A DNA stretch of 64,000 bases from Neocallimastix sp. 'constans' (Eukaryota), in contig JBODTK010000104.1 in NCBI GenBank assembly GCA_050613775.1, forward strand, positions 248,001 through 312,000. The letters are read 5' to 3'. Shown piece by piece: positions 39,146 to 54,270 of the stretch. The notes under the pieces are model-generated. The model did no database searches, had not been told where the DNA came from, and saw only the letters and a program-made list of their open reading frames with translations. The first letter of the stretch is position 1; each line of letters opens with the position of its first letter. The position numbers and the translations under genes are program-made.

Positions 39146-40166
39146 TTTATTTATTAGCTTTTATTGCAAATATTTAATTTTTATTATGGTAATATTATTA
39201 AAATGTTCACTCAAAGAGTAAAAGAGTCAAACTTTTTTAATTTTACTTTAATAATAAAAATACTATTTTTTTTTAAAATAGTTTTTTAATAGTATTTATA
39301 AAAAATTATAATAATTAAAAATATTGTGTTCTTTTTTATTTTATTTTTATTTTTAATTTTTTGATGCAATTTAAATTTTAAATATGAAAAAAACTATAGA
39401 TTTATAAATATTTTTAACTATATATAAAGAATCTATAATTAAACCTTTATAAAAATGAAAACAATTTTATGAATAACAATAAAACTATAATGAATGAATT
39501 TTATATATATATATATATTTCGTAAATATTAAAGAATATTATTGAAAAAAAATATTATATTTTAAAAATAGAATTTTAATCATAAAAATTAATAATATGT
39601 ATAATTGTGTATAGAGGAAATAATTGTAATATCTTTTATATTTATATCTTTTCAAATATGTTGAAATTTTATTTAATTTTTTAGAAATAAAAAAAAATTA
39701 ATAAATAAAATAAAAAAAAAAAAATATAAATTTTTTAATTAGAATTATTATTAATTTTTTTATTTAATGAAAAACGTGATTTTTATTAAATTAATATTGA
39801 TTTATATAGTGTATTAATAAATATAAATAAATAAATAAATATAAATATAAATAAATAAATAAATAAATAAATATAAATAAATAAATATAAATATAAATAA
39901 ATAAATAAATATAAATAAATATAAATATAAATAAATAAATAAATATAAATATTAAATTTATATAAAATATAAAATAAAATTTTGTATTATGGATCATTCC
40001 TTAATTGTCATTCTAATATAAATTAATACAATTTTAAAATAATATATTTTTTTTTAAAAATTTTAATATATCTAAAACAAGAATTTTTTATAATTAATTA
40101 AAAATTATTAAAAAAAAAAAAAAAAATCAATCTATAGGTATCTAAAATAAAAATTGGAAATAAACC

Positions 40167-40169
<3 letters not shown>

Positions 40170-40257
<88 letters not shown>
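40170..40257. repeat. (TTA)n microsatellite
   Basis: Perfect trinucleotide run. Confidence 0.95.
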
Positions 40258-40261
<4 letters not shown>

Positions 40262-40569
40262 GATTGATAAAAGAATAAATACATAAAATATATAAAATTA
40301 CTATCATTATTTATTATAAAATATTTTAATAATTTATTTATTATTATAATAAATAAATTATTATAATTATTATTTAGCTTAGTATTTGTTATTCAGTTAT
40401 TCAGTTATTCACTTTTTATTTATTAAATTATTTACATTTTATTTATTTATTTATTTACTTTTATTTTTATAATAATTAAAATTTATGGCAATTAAAATTA
40501 TTTTAATAAAAATTAAAACCATTTTTAACATTTAATTATATTTATTTTTTTTATAATATAGTTATTTTA

Positions 40570-40629
<60 letters not shown>

Positions 40630-40713
40630 TTTATTTCATTTCATATAAAAGTATATTTTAAAAAATAAAATTCATTAATTAATCAAGTTTATTTTCAGGA
40701 ATATAATTTATTA

Positions 40714-40747
<34 letters not shown>

Positions 40748-41085
40748 TTAAAAAAATAGAATAAAAGGCAAAAATGAAAATCGAATAATATACACACCCA
40801 TACATACTACACACACAAAAAAAGAAAATAATTAACTTCAATGTAAGAAATGTAAATATTGTATGTTATATGTTTTTCATTTAAATTTTATAAACTTATA
40901 AAAATTGAATTTTCCATATTCATTAAATGAAAGCATTTTCATAATGAATATTAAAAAAATTTTTTTTTTTTGTAATATTTATATATATACTGTTATGAAA
41001 GTAAAAACTATTTATTAAAGAAATAAAAGAAAAAAAAAGTTTTTATTATTATATCTTTCGTAAAGTCTAAAGTATCTAAAAATGT

Positions 41086-41123
<38 letters not shown>

Positions 41124-41497
41124 TATTATCTATTAATTTCTTTAATATATTTTATAGTTGAATTTCATAAAATAATACATATATTTAAATAACAATTATT
41201 TTATTAAACATATTAATATGAAATAGAAAACAAGTAATGAATAAAAAAAATGTATAATACCAATATTATAATTTTTATATCAAGAAAAAAAAAGAAAAAT
41301 AAATTCCTTAACATAGTTTTTTCTAAAATTATAATTATTTTATATAATTGTAATTTAAAAATATTATAACTATAAAAAAAATATTATATGAATAAATTAT
41401 AGATATATTTTATAATATCTAATTTTTATTACAATTTTTTATTAAATTTTAATATAATTAATAATTAATATAAATAAAAATGTATATTTATTATTCT

Positions 41498-41529
<32 letters not shown>

Positions 41530-41637
41530 CTTTTCTTTTCTTTTTTTTTTTTTTTATTTCTTCTGGTTATTTATTTATAATTTATTATTAGTTTTTATTT
41601 TAAATATTAGTAAAAAGAAAAAAAAAATATATCAAAA

Positions 41638-42550
41638 ATGTATAATTCATCGGCAAAGTTGCCGCCAATAAATTCAACAGAACCACCAAATCATATGCCT
41701 CAAAATAATCAATTACCTTCTTTTAAAGATCTTAATAGGTCAACATCATCATCTCATATATACTCGTTTTCACAGTCAGATTCTATGGATAAATCAAATC
41801 AAGGAAATGATATTTCCTCACAATCAGTAAATCAAATGTCTATGTATAATATTTCTAATAAACAAATATCACCAAATTCTCCAAGGCAAGTACCTATGAA
41901 TATGCCTTCTTCAAAAATCCCAATTCAGGTTTCAAAAAATCAAAATAAATCAATTTCAAATATACCACCGCAAATGTCTAATCAAAATCCTATACTTTCA
42001 CCAAATCAGATGGGAAATATACAATCTCCAATGCAACCTCAAATGAATATTATTCAAAATCAATCTAATTCAAATATTAATTCTACGGTTCCAACTACTA
42101 ATTCCTCTTCTTCATCTGTACAACAGCTACCACCATCATCACAGCCACCATCATCACAAACTTCGATTCAAAATAATCAATACAATTATAATCAGCAACA
42201 ACCACCACAATTATTACCTAATCAACATCCTTCTAATAATGTGTCAAATCAAAAGTCAAATAAACTTCGTCAAAAAACAAAGCAAAAACCAAAACAAAAC
42301 ATAAAACCAAATGTAGCTACAAACCTTCAGCAAATTCAACCTGCACCTCCACAAAATATCGCAAATTTACCATCCATGACTCCAAACATTTTACCAAATA
42401 TCTCGCGTAATCGAAATTTACAGAATATGCCGTTACCTCCACAAAATAATTCAATGAATGGCGTAGTTAGTAGGAAAAATTCAATGCCACCAATGAATAA
42501 TAATTCAAATAATTTAATGTCTTCTCCACCAAACCAGACAATTCAATCAC

Positions 42551-42636
<86 letters not shown>

Positions 42637-43211
42637 TGTTCAATGAACCAAATCTATCCAAATTCAGCACCATCAATGAATGGTACACCGCAATCTCTAA
42701 ATAGACCAATGCAAAATAATGATATAAATTCAATTAATTCTTCTCAGAACAATTATCGTCCTTTAAATGCTAAAGATGCACTTTCTTATCTTGAACAAGT
42801 TAAGGAGCAGTTTAATGATTCTCCACAAGTTTATAATGACTTTTTAGATATTATGAAAGATTTTAAATCTCAAAGGTATAAGTAATTTTATTTTATGCAA
42901 ACATATTAAAATTTACAGTAATGATAGCTAATAATATTATGATAATAATATTATTTCTAAATTTACATATTTATTATATTATTATAAAGACTTTCAACTC
43001 CTGGTGTAATAGTTCGTGTGTCGACCTTATTTAAAGACTATCCAAATCTTATTACTGGATTTAATACTTTTTTACCACCTGGTTATACTATTTCACCAAA
43101 TAATAATCAAGAATCAATTAAAGGAGTAAATCAAATAAATTCTCATCAACCGAATTCGATGATAATGAATAATCAACAATTTATGCAAAACAATAGTCAA
43201 ATACTATACTC

Positions 43212-43267
<56 letters not shown>

Positions 43268-45942
43268 CAAGTATGCTCATTAATCAGCAAATTCATCAAA
43301 CATCAATGTCTAACAATGACAATAATAACAACAACAATAATAATAATAGTAATTTTAATATGTTAAATCAAAATAAATCAAGACCGTTCAATAATCAAAG
43401 GCGAAGTTTTCCAAATATAATGCCAATGAATAATAATATGCAACAACAAATGCAACATAATATGATGAATTCAAATCAATTCAGTAATAATAACAATAAT
43501 ATTAATTATAATAATAATAATAATAATTACAATAATTACAATAACAACAGCAATAATAATAGAGATATGCAGTATGGTAGTCATAAAAGAACACCTGTAG
43601 AATTTAATCATGCTATTAATTATGTAAATAAAATTAAAGTAAGTTTATGATTTTCTATATTTATTAATAATTTTTTAATCATGAATATATATAATAATAT
43701 ATATTATAATTTTTAATATTGTTAGAATCGGTTTAGATCAGAACAAGAAAAATACAAAAAATTTCTGGAGATTCTTCAAACATATCAGAAAAAACAAAAG
43801 CCAATTCAAGAGGTATTAAAAGTGTTATTTATATGTAAAAAATTAAAATAAATAAATAAATAATTAAAATAAATAAATACATAATTAAAATAAATAATTA
43901 ATTAATTAAAATAAATAATTAAATAATTAAATAATTAAAATAAATAAATAAATAAAAAATTAAAATAAATAAATAAATAAAAATAATATAAATCATAAAA
44001 TTAATTATTATATTATAAATATTTATATTTTAATTGTTTTAAATGTAGGTTTATTCTCAAGTTCAAATTCTTTTTAAAAATCATCCGGATTTATTAGAAG
44101 AATTTAAGAGTTTCTTACCTGATAGTGCACAAGCTTCAATTATTAATAATAAACCTATGAGACCTTTACAAGCTAAGATGGCAAATGGTTTGTAATATTT
44201 AATTTTTTAAATCATATTTATATATATAGCGTACTAAATAATTTTAATTATTTATATTATTATTAAAATTATTTTATTATAGGAAATATAGTGCAAAATA
44301 ATGACAATATAAATAATAATTTACCAATAAATAATAATTATCAACAACAAATATCTTATTCAAATTCGATAAATACACCTGGGTCAAGTCAAAAACAAAT
44401 GTATCCAATGGATAATATACAAAATAATTTTCAACAAAATATGAATATAACACAACAAAATCAAATATCACCAAATGTTCAACAAAATTATATAGAAAAT
44501 CATTCTAATAGACGTCAAGATGGACAAAGTTTAAATCAACTTAAATCTAATAAAAGAAATTTTCAAGCAACAAACAATAATTATGTTCCATTAAATGATG
44601 AAAATCAAAATGTTCCTTATGGTTCACATTCACCAAACAAGGTTAGCATTGTTGATTTTCATAATTCAAAAAATATGTTATAAATTATTGAATTTTTAAA
44701 ATATAAATTTATTATATATATTTATATATTATATATTATTGAATTTTAAAATATAATTTTATTCTATATATTATATATTATTGAATTTTAAAATATAAAT
44801 TTATTTTATATATTATATATTATTGAATTTTAAAATATAAATTTATTTTATATATTATATATTATTGAATTTTAAGATATAAATTAATTTTATGTATTAT
44901 ATATTATTGAATTTTAAAATCTAAATATAATTAAGTATTTATTAGTATAATAAATATATGTAAATAATATTAAATAAAAGAGTTTTAATAATGTTTATTA
45001 ATGTTATAAAATTTATGATTTCTTTTATTTTTATTTTTTATTTTTATTTTTATTTTTTTTTATTTTATTTTTTTTTTTTTTATTTATGATTTAATATGAA
45101 TATTACAGAAATATAAAACATCAAAAGATGATGTACAGAATTCTTCAGAAGAATTAGAATTTTTTAATAAAGCCAAGAAAGTTATTGGAAATAAAACAGC
45201 TTATAATGAGTTTAAAAATTTATTAAATCTATATAGTATGAAAAGTATTGATTCTAAGGCATTAATTGAAAGAGTTGAGCCATATTTAGAACGTTCACCA
45301 GATTTATTTGAATATTTTAAAAGATTTATTAATTATAAAGATGATGGAATTATCTGTAAGTTTAGTTTTATATAATGTTAATAATACTTAAATGAATATA
45401 ATCATTTTTTAATTAAAATTAATTATGTACTTAAAATATTAAAGCAAATATACCAGCAATAAAATCGATTGATGATCCAGAAAATAATTATGAATTTATA
45501 GGCAAAAGCTATTATAAAGCTCCAGAAAATGTAAATAAATAAATAAATTTATATATATATATATATATATTATTTAAACATAATTATATGTTCATCTTTT
45601 GATTTATTAACTCTTTTATACATAGTTATTAAATTTAAGTTGTTCAGGAAAAGATGACTTATGTAAATCTGTTCTTAATGACAAATATATTTCAAGATCA
45701 CTATTAATAGATGGAAAGACACCAAATTTTATACCAATTAATATTTATGATGAAGTATTATATAATTGTGAAGATGAGAGATATAGATTTGATTATAATC
45801 TTACCATATGTCGTTCAGCAATAAAACTCTTTGAATTAATGGCAATTAAAATTTCTAATATGTCTAATGAAGAAAAATCAAACTTTAAATTCTTTAATTT
45901 AATAAATGGTAATTATTAAGAATATTTAAATAAATATTTATG

Positions 45943-45978
<36 letters not shown>

Positions 45979-46272
45979 TTTATTTTATTTATTTTAATTA
46001 GTTTTTTATATCCAATGAATAGTAATAATTAAATATATATATATATATATATGTATAAAGAAACGTCAAAAGTTATATGTGAAAGAGCAATTAAAAAATT
46101 ATATACGAAAGAATATAAAAATGCTTTTATTGATGCTATAAATGAAAAACCAGCAGAAGCTATACCATTAGTATTAAAAAGATTAAAGCAAAAGGAAGAA
46201 GAATGGAGTCATTTACAGGTAAAATATCCTTTGAAATTAATATAATAAAAAATTGAATTTTATTAATTCAAA

Positions 46273-46305
<33 letters not shown>

Positions 46306-47749
46306 TTAAATATCATCATTATTATTATCATATTATTTTCATTAATATTATTATTATCATATTATAATCATTATTATCATCATTATTATCATTATTATTA
46401 TTACCATCATTATTATCATTATTATTTTCATTGTGTATAATTTATCAGCGTGAATGGAATAAGCTATGGTGTCAAATTGATAAAAATAATAGAGAAAAAG
46501 CTCTTGATCATTTAGCATCATCATATAAGGATGATGAAAAACTAAACCTTAATAATCAAGTATTTATTAAACAAATTGAAAGATTATATAAGGAAGGACT
46601 TGTTCATCATCATTCGGAAGATTTTATAATGGATGAGGACTCATATGATGACAATAGAAAATATCATTATAGTTTAAAATTTTTAGATAGTAATGTATTA
46701 CAAGATTTACATATTTTATTAAGGCAATTTTTAAAATCAGAAACTATTGTTGGAGAAGAATATGATAAAGTAGAAAATTTCTTTAGAAACTTTTTATCTG
46801 AATTTTTCTCAGAAACATTTGATATATCAGCTGAAGAAGATATTAAAATTGATAAAATGTTGAAAAAAGAACTTCATCCATCAGAAATAGCAGCTATGGG
46901 AATTAATGAAAGTAATGGGAAAAGTGTAATTAAAGCATTTCATAAAATTGAAGAAAGTGATACAAATTCAATAAATATTGAACCAGCAAATTCGGTTTCA
47001 GCATCTGTTGCTACAAAAGAAAATGAAAATGGTAGTGTATCCACTACTTATTATCGTATTAATAAAAATATACCATTAAATACAGAGCCTGAAAGTAGTC
47101 AAAGTGAAATAGATATTGATAATTCTTCGATGCATGAATCAAAGAATGAAAATACCATTAATAATAAAAAGAAAAATCATCAACGAAATATGAATGTAGA
47201 AGATTGGAGAAGACGTGCTCGTATAGGAAATTTACATCATTGTAATGAATGTTATGTTTTTTATGCTGATAGTCATTTTTATTGTTTCTTTAGACTATTA
47301 CATGTAAGTTTTTTTTTTTTTTTTTTTATTAAAAAAAAAAAAAAAAAAAAAAGATTACATTTATTGTAGATAATTATAAATAATAATACTAATATTATTA
47401 ATATTGAGTAATAATGAATAATAACTAATAAGTACCAATAACAACAATAATAATAAATATTATTTAATATTTTTAATTTTTTATGATTGTCATAATGTAG
47501 ATTCTTTATAAACGATTAATGTACGTTAAAGAAATATCTCTTTTAAAAATAAAAAATTCTTCAAGTATAAAAAAATACCCAGGTAGATTCAATCATAAAT
47601 ATTAATATTTTAAAAATATATGTTTATTATAGGAAATATGAAATGAACAAAAAAAAAATATTATATAATTATTAAGTAATTTTATGATTAATACCTTTTT
47701 TTTTTTTTTTTTTTTTAATTTTTAATTTTTAATTTTAAATTTATTTTTA

Positions 47750-47780
<31 letters not shown>

Positions 47781-48856
47781 TAAATTTTTAAATTTTATTT
47801 TTAAATTTATTTTTATTTTATTTAAATTTTTAAATTTTAAAATTTAAAAGATATTTATAAAGATGGATTTCAATTAATTATAAAATTAATTGATAAAAAA
47901 TGTACTCAAGCTGAGTTTGAAGATGAATCTAAAAAATTGCTTGGAAATGAAGCATATAAATTATTTACAATAAATAAAATTATAGCAAAAACCGTGGAAG
48001 AAATCAATTTCATATTGAATAGTGAGAAAATTGAAGAATTATTAAATATTTCTAGAAAATATCATCAATTAACCATTGATAAAGATTCAAAAGTAATCAA
48101 TGAAGAAAGATTCAAATATCTATTAGAAATTAATAATTTATTGAATACTTCTCAACTTTATAAAATGGAATATGTAAGTTTTTTTTTTTTTTTTTTTTTA
48201 ATTATAAGTTCTTAAAATTAACTTATATATAAAAAAAAATAATAAAATAAAAATAAAAATAAAAATTAACAATTATAATTTATATACATTTCAATAGAAT
48301 ACTTTAAAAAAAATTTTAAATATAAGGTTAATAAAATCAAATGATATAATGAATATGAAAAATATATCTGTTCAATTACGTAAATGGCAAGATTTTATAA
48401 AATCATTTTGTTTATTACAAGTTGAAAATGATAAACTTCTGAAAGCAAAACGAATAAAATTTCCATTTTTGAAAAGGTATATATATGTATATATAAACTA
48501 TTATTATTATTAATGTTATATTTATAATATTTTTTTAATAATATTATATAATATAATTATAATTCTATATTAAAATATTTATTATTGTCGAAATTACATT
48601 TAATTTTATAAGAAATCTCAATTCAAATCCTGAGTATATAAATAAACTTTTATTCCCCGAATATTCAATAAATAAATCAGGATTAAAATTTTTAATATGT
48701 CCAAAGAATTATCAAATTAAATATGTTGATAATACTGAAGATTATTTTATAAAGTATGGTACTAAAATAAAATCTTTACAAAAAATGTCAGAAAAAATGA
48801 AAAAAGATAAACAAAAGAAATTTATGGAATGGTTAGATAAATCAATACAAAGATAG
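41638..48856 (+). CDS. SIN3: SIN3-like histone deacetylase co-repressor scaffold (multi-exon, divergent)
   Basis: PAH1 ([17 protein letters not shown]...[13 protein letters not shown]|...[13 protein letters not shown]), PAH2 ([17 protein letters not shown]...[10 protein letters not shown]...[14 protein letters not shown]), PAH3 ([15 protein letters not shown]), HID ([14 protein letters not shown]...CEDERY...[20 protein letters not shown]) and Sin3 C-terminal (FYCFFRL, FEDE...AYKLFTI, PFLKRNL, NTEDYF). Stop TAG at 48854-48856. Confidence 0.92.
44682..44925. repeat. Intronic minisatellite, ~6 copies of a ~41-bp unit (ATTATTGAATTTTAAAATATAAATTTATTTTATATATTATAT)
   Basis: Repeated unit visible within a SIN3 intron. 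Confidence 0.85.
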
Positions 48857-49065
48857 GTAATTTTTTTTTTTTTTTTTTTATATAATTAAATTAAAATATT
48901 TAATAAGTTAATATATTCAATATTTTTAATATTTTAAATAATTAACCTATTTATACATATATATATTTTAAAATCTCTATAAAATATTCATTTTTTAATT
49001 AATTAATAACAACAAAAACAATAATAATTAATAATTACATCTACAACTACTACTACTACTACTAC

Positions 49066-49116
<51 letters not shown>

Positions 49117-50120
49117 TTCTACTAATAATTCTATAATAATATTTTAATTAATTTTGAAAATAATATGTTGTATGAACATTGTAATAGCTAATTCATATTA
49201 TATTATAAATTACTAAATTAAATTTTTATATATATATATTTTTTTTAAGAAAAAAAATTATATTATATTTATTTATTTATTTATTATTATTATTATTTTT
49301 AATTTATTATATTTAACAATTGTTTATATATTTGTATATATTCCTTTTAAAAATAATAATAAAAAAGTTTTTTTATTTTTATTTTATTTTTTTTTTTTTT
49401 TTTTTTTTTTTCTCACTTTTCGTTTTTTCAAATTCAAAATTCAATATCTTTTTTTCTTTAGTATATATGTATCTATAATAATTAAAAATGGTAAATGTTT
49501 ATAAAAATTAATACTTCAAAATATATCTACATAATTTAACTTGATTTAAAAAAAGAAACCTTAGACACTTAAAAATAAAAAAAAAAAAAAAAAAAAGTTT
49601 TTTATTTACTTTTATACTACATATTATAAATATATCATAATATATAATATATATATCTGATTTTTTTTTTTTTTATTTTTTAATATTTTATGATATTATA
49701 TATATTTACCAAAGTAATAAGTAAATAAAAAAAAAATGTTAAAAATTATTTTATTATTAATTTTTAAATACAAATTAATATATATAGTATTTATATATAT
49801 AATATTTTTTTAAATGTAAATAATTTTTTATTAATATGTATCATTATTTAAATTTAATCGATTATGATTGGTTAAAAATCAATTTTTAATTTTTTTTTTT
49901 TAAAAATCAAAAAAAAAAAAAAAAATTTTTTTAATATATTAACAATATTTCTAATAAATTTGCAATCATTCTACTTATTTTTTTATCAATATATTTTAAA
50001 TAAAAAAAAAAAAAAAAATAAATTGATAATTATTAAAAATTTGTTTTTAGCAGATTTAATAATTAATATTTATCAAAATACTTATACCAATAAGTTAATA
50101 TATATATATATATATAAGTC

Positions 50121-50423
50121 ATGCGTTTAGAGAAGTGTTATTTTTGTTCATCTACTATATATCCAGGACATGGTATTACTTTTGTCCGAAATGATAGTAA
50201 GGTATATATATAAATTGAAATGCTATTTTTTTTTTTTTTTTTTTTATATTTTTTAAATTTTCACAAAATAAAATAATAATTATTATAAAATAATGAATTG
50301 TAAATAATATTGTCATTTTGGAAAGTGTATTATATAAAATTTTAAATGTATTTATTTAATATATATGTATTTTTCTATTTGGTATTTTTATTATTATATA
50401 TATATATTTTATATTTTTTATTT

Positions 50424-50456
<33 letters not shown>

Positions 50457-51164
50457 ATTCTTTAAAAAAAAAGTTATATAAAGATCAATGTTTTATAATG
50501 TTAACATTTTATAATATAAAAATATTGAACTTTTTTTTTTTTTTTTAATAAATAATTTTAAATTTGAATATTAAAAATAATTATTTATTATTATTATTAT
50601 TATTACTATTTTTAGGTATTTAGATTCTGTCGTTCAAAATGTCATAAATCATTTAAGATGAAGCGTAATCCAAGAAAGGTTCGTTGGACAAAGGCATTTA
50701 GAAAGGCAGCTGGAAAGGAAATGGTTATTGTAAGTATTATAGAAATATATTTAACAAGTTATAAATTTTCAAACTTAAATTGAATATATAATATAATACT
50801 AAAATTAATAAAAATATAAAAATAAAAAAAAAATTTTTTTTTATAAAATTATTACATAAATTTTCATTTTTATTAGGATTCTACTTTCGAATTTGAAAAG
50901 CGTCGTAATATACCAGTTCGTTATGATCGTGATATGATGGCTACTACCTTAAAGGCCATGAAGAGAGTACAAGAAATTCGTCAACGTCGTGAAAGAGTAT
51001 TCTATAAGAATAGAATGAAGGGTAAGAAGGAACACGAAAGACAACAAAATATCAAAACTATCAAAAAGAATGTCGAACTTATTTCTGGACCTTCACTCAA
51101 AGCCAAGGAATTATTACAAAAAATATCACAAAAAGAAAACAAAACAGAAATGGATTTATCATAA
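50121..51164 (+). CDS. RLP24: Ribosome biogenesis protein Rlp24/RSL24D1 (160 aa; exons 50121-50201, 50616-50729, 50877-51164)
   Basis: [83 protein letters not shown]; in-frame GT-AG introns. Confidence 0.97.
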
Positions 51165-51389
51165 GCAATTTAATTTCATACAATCTTATCTAAGATATAT
51201 ATATATATATTTTTCTACACATAAAATATTTATTAATAGAATGAAAATAATAGCAGAATAAATAAATAAAATTTTAAGTATTTTATATATTTTATTTAAT
51301 ATTTTTAACAAGTATCATAAAGCAAACATAAACTAATTATTCAAATATCCCATCAATATATCTATAATTAATTTATTTTTTATTTAATT

Positions 51390-51425
<36 letters not shown>

Positions 51426-52616
51426 TATTTATTATTTTTCTATTTGAAAATTTTATTTATTAATTTATATGTATAAATATATATATATTTATTTAATTCA
51501 AATGATCTTAAATTATATAAATATATAAATAAATAAATAAATAAATAATAATCATTAAATAAAATATGTGTTATAAATAAACTATAAAAAGATTTTATTT
51601 TAAAAATATAATTTACATTTATTAAATATAATCCCCTTTAAGTTAAGTTAAATAATTATTAATAAAAAAAATATTTTATAAATAGTATTAATAGAATATA
51701 ATCCAAGTAAATTATTACTCCAAAATTATGAAGAGTAAAGCTACTTAAAATGCAATATTATTTATAGTTTTATTTTTATTTTTAATTTTTTTTTTTTTTT
51801 TTTTTTTTTATATTAAAAGTAGTAATATAATTTTTATTAATATTTTATCCTGAAAAAAAAAAAAAAAAAAAAAAAAATTAAATTTATAAATTAAATTTAT
51901 AAAATAAGTGCTTAACATAATTCATTTTAAATTATTATAAAATCTTTTTTTTTTTTTATATATATATATATATAGTTAAGGAAATATTTGATTAGGTGGG
52001 GAAAAACTTTATTTATATATTTATATTTATATATACTTTTTACATTTTTTGTTTTTATTATATTTTTATAAAAATTTTATATATTTTAAAAAATATTAGT
52101 AATTAATAAATATTAAAATTACCATTAATTTTGAAATAAAATTTAAATAGGAATAAAATGTTTCTTATAAAATATATTTATTATATTAAACATTTTAAAA
52201 AAATTCAAAAGTGATTTTTTATAAAATAAATATTTTATAAATTTTATCTTAAATATATTTTTAAAATGTATATATAATATATTAAATAATATAAAATAAA
52301 TTTATAATATTATTTTCAAAAACATAATATTTTTTTTAAATAAATAAATAAATAAATATATATATATATGTTAAAAGTCAAGAATTTATGGTTTATAATT
52401 ATGTCAACTTCATTAATATATTTTTATGATAAAGAGTTACTAGCACTTAATTATTCTAAATTAAATGCTTTTATACTAATACATTATGGCTAATACATTA
52501 TTTATATTACATTACATTTTATTACATTAATCTCATATTCATATATTATAACATCATATATTCACATATTCTAACAATATATATATTTTTTTTAATTCAA
52601 AAATTATAAAAATACA

Positions 52617-53453
52617 ATGTATATTAAACATTTAAAATATTATTTATTTATAATATTAATTTTTATTATTAATATTCGAATTACATATTCTTATAAATTA
52701 AATAATATAATTTATTATACTTATGATAATATTACTGATTTTAAAGATTGTGAAAATTTTATATATACTTATGACAAAAATAAAACTTTAAAGAAAAAAG
52801 AAGTTTTAAAAATTAAAAATAATGTTAATCTTAGCTATTATTGTAAAAATAATATTTGTATTGAAGTAGACCGTGAGGCTTTAGGTCAATTTGTTGAAAT
52901 TCCAGATGAAAATGGTAATATGAAAATATATATTAGCAAATCTTACAGATATGATCAAGTAAAATCAACCAAATTATTATATAAAATATCTGGTGGACAT
53001 GATATTATCTCTTATAAATGTACTTCTGATTCACAATGTTTAACTAATAAATGTATGGATGGATTTTGCATTTTTAATGAAGAAAATCCAACTGAATTTT
53101 GTGCTGATATTTATATTAATCTTTTAATTTTTAGATATTCATATATGCATTGTGGTAAGGCAATAGGTGATATATGTAAAAAAGATAAAGATTGTGGATC
53201 AAAACATTGTGGATTAATAACAGATTTAAAAACTTGGAAATTAGAGAATTATTGTGGAATGCCACCTGAAGGTCCTTCAGATAGTGATTTCTTTATCGGT
53301 TTTATAAATTTATTAAAATTTATTATTGCTATATATATAAGTTTATGTATTTCTTATATCATTAAATTTATATTAAAACATAAAATAAAAATAAATGTAT
53401 TTTATTTATTTGTATTTTTATTATATCTTTATATTTATTTTTATATATTTTAA
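52617..53453 (+). CDS. Intronless Cys-rich secreted/membrane-anchored protein (278 aa)
   Basis: Hydrophobic N-terminal signal-like segment, motifs CTSDSQCLTNKCMDGFC and CGKAIGDICKKDKDCGSKHC, GPSDSD, and hydrophobic C-terminal segments; clean 837-nt ORF. Confidence 0.8.
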   Translation: MYIKHLKYYLFIILIFIINIRITYSYKLNNIIYYTYDNITDFKDCENFIYTYDKNKTLKKKEVLKIKNNVNLSYYCKNNICIEVDREALGQFVEIPDENGNMKIYISKSYRYDQVKSTKLLYKISGGHDIISYKCTSDSQCLTNKCMDGFCIFNEENPTEFCADIYINLLIFRYSYMHCGKAIGDICKKDKDCGSKHCGLITDLKTWKLENYCGMPPEGPSDSDFFIGFINLLKFIIAIYISLCISYIIKFILKHKIKINVFYLFVFLLYLYIYFYIF

Positions 53454-53639
53454 TTTCCTTGGTATTACAATTATTTTATATTATAACTTTAATAGTTATA
53501 TTTAAATAAATAATATAGAATCCATTATATATAAAAAATAAATAATTACAAAAATTATTGATAAATTATTATTAATTATTATTAAATCCAATAATAATTA
53601 TAAGTAATAATGAAATAATAATTATATATAAGACCCATA

Positions 53640-54270
53640 ACACAAATAACAGATAATCAATTTAAAGAAAATGATTATTTTAATATACAATATATTTAAT
53701 GTTTAAAATAATAATTTTTAATATTGATTCAGAATGTTCATTTAATAAATATTTTAATAAGATATCAATATCTTTATTACAATGAAAATTATAAAGATAT
53801 TTATAAATGTAATATGATAACGTATTTTCATAATATGAATAATTGTTTAAAAAATATATATATATATTATTGGAAGATATTAAATTCAATATGATAGTTT
53901 TCATATAGTAAAAAAATATAAATGTAATCTTTTTATTTATAACTTAGGGTTGTTACTGGAATTTTTAATATTTACAAACATTATATTATCACATTCTTTA
54001 TGCACATATCATAAGGTGCCTAATAAATAAACTGGTGATTCTTTATCTAATGAATCTAAAAACTTATTTTTTCGTGTGTCAATATATTGTCTATATTGTA
54101 TGCAAGTGGAATCGATATTACCATTGAATAAGCTATAATCCATAAAAAGAACTATAAATATTCCATTGATATTTTGGCTAATATTGTTCAACATACTTTC
54201 GATATCACTATAATTGAAATATAATAAACATTATTTATTGTATGGTGAAAGTGAAAATAAATCTGTAATA
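53640..54270 (-). pseudogene. Unidentified decayed coding sequence
   Basis: Minus frame ...ESMLNNISQNINGIFIVLFMDYSLFNGNIDSTCIQYRQYIDTRKNKFLDSLDKESPVYLLGTL*YVHKECDNIMF, with scattered stops; no family recognised. Confidence 0.35.
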
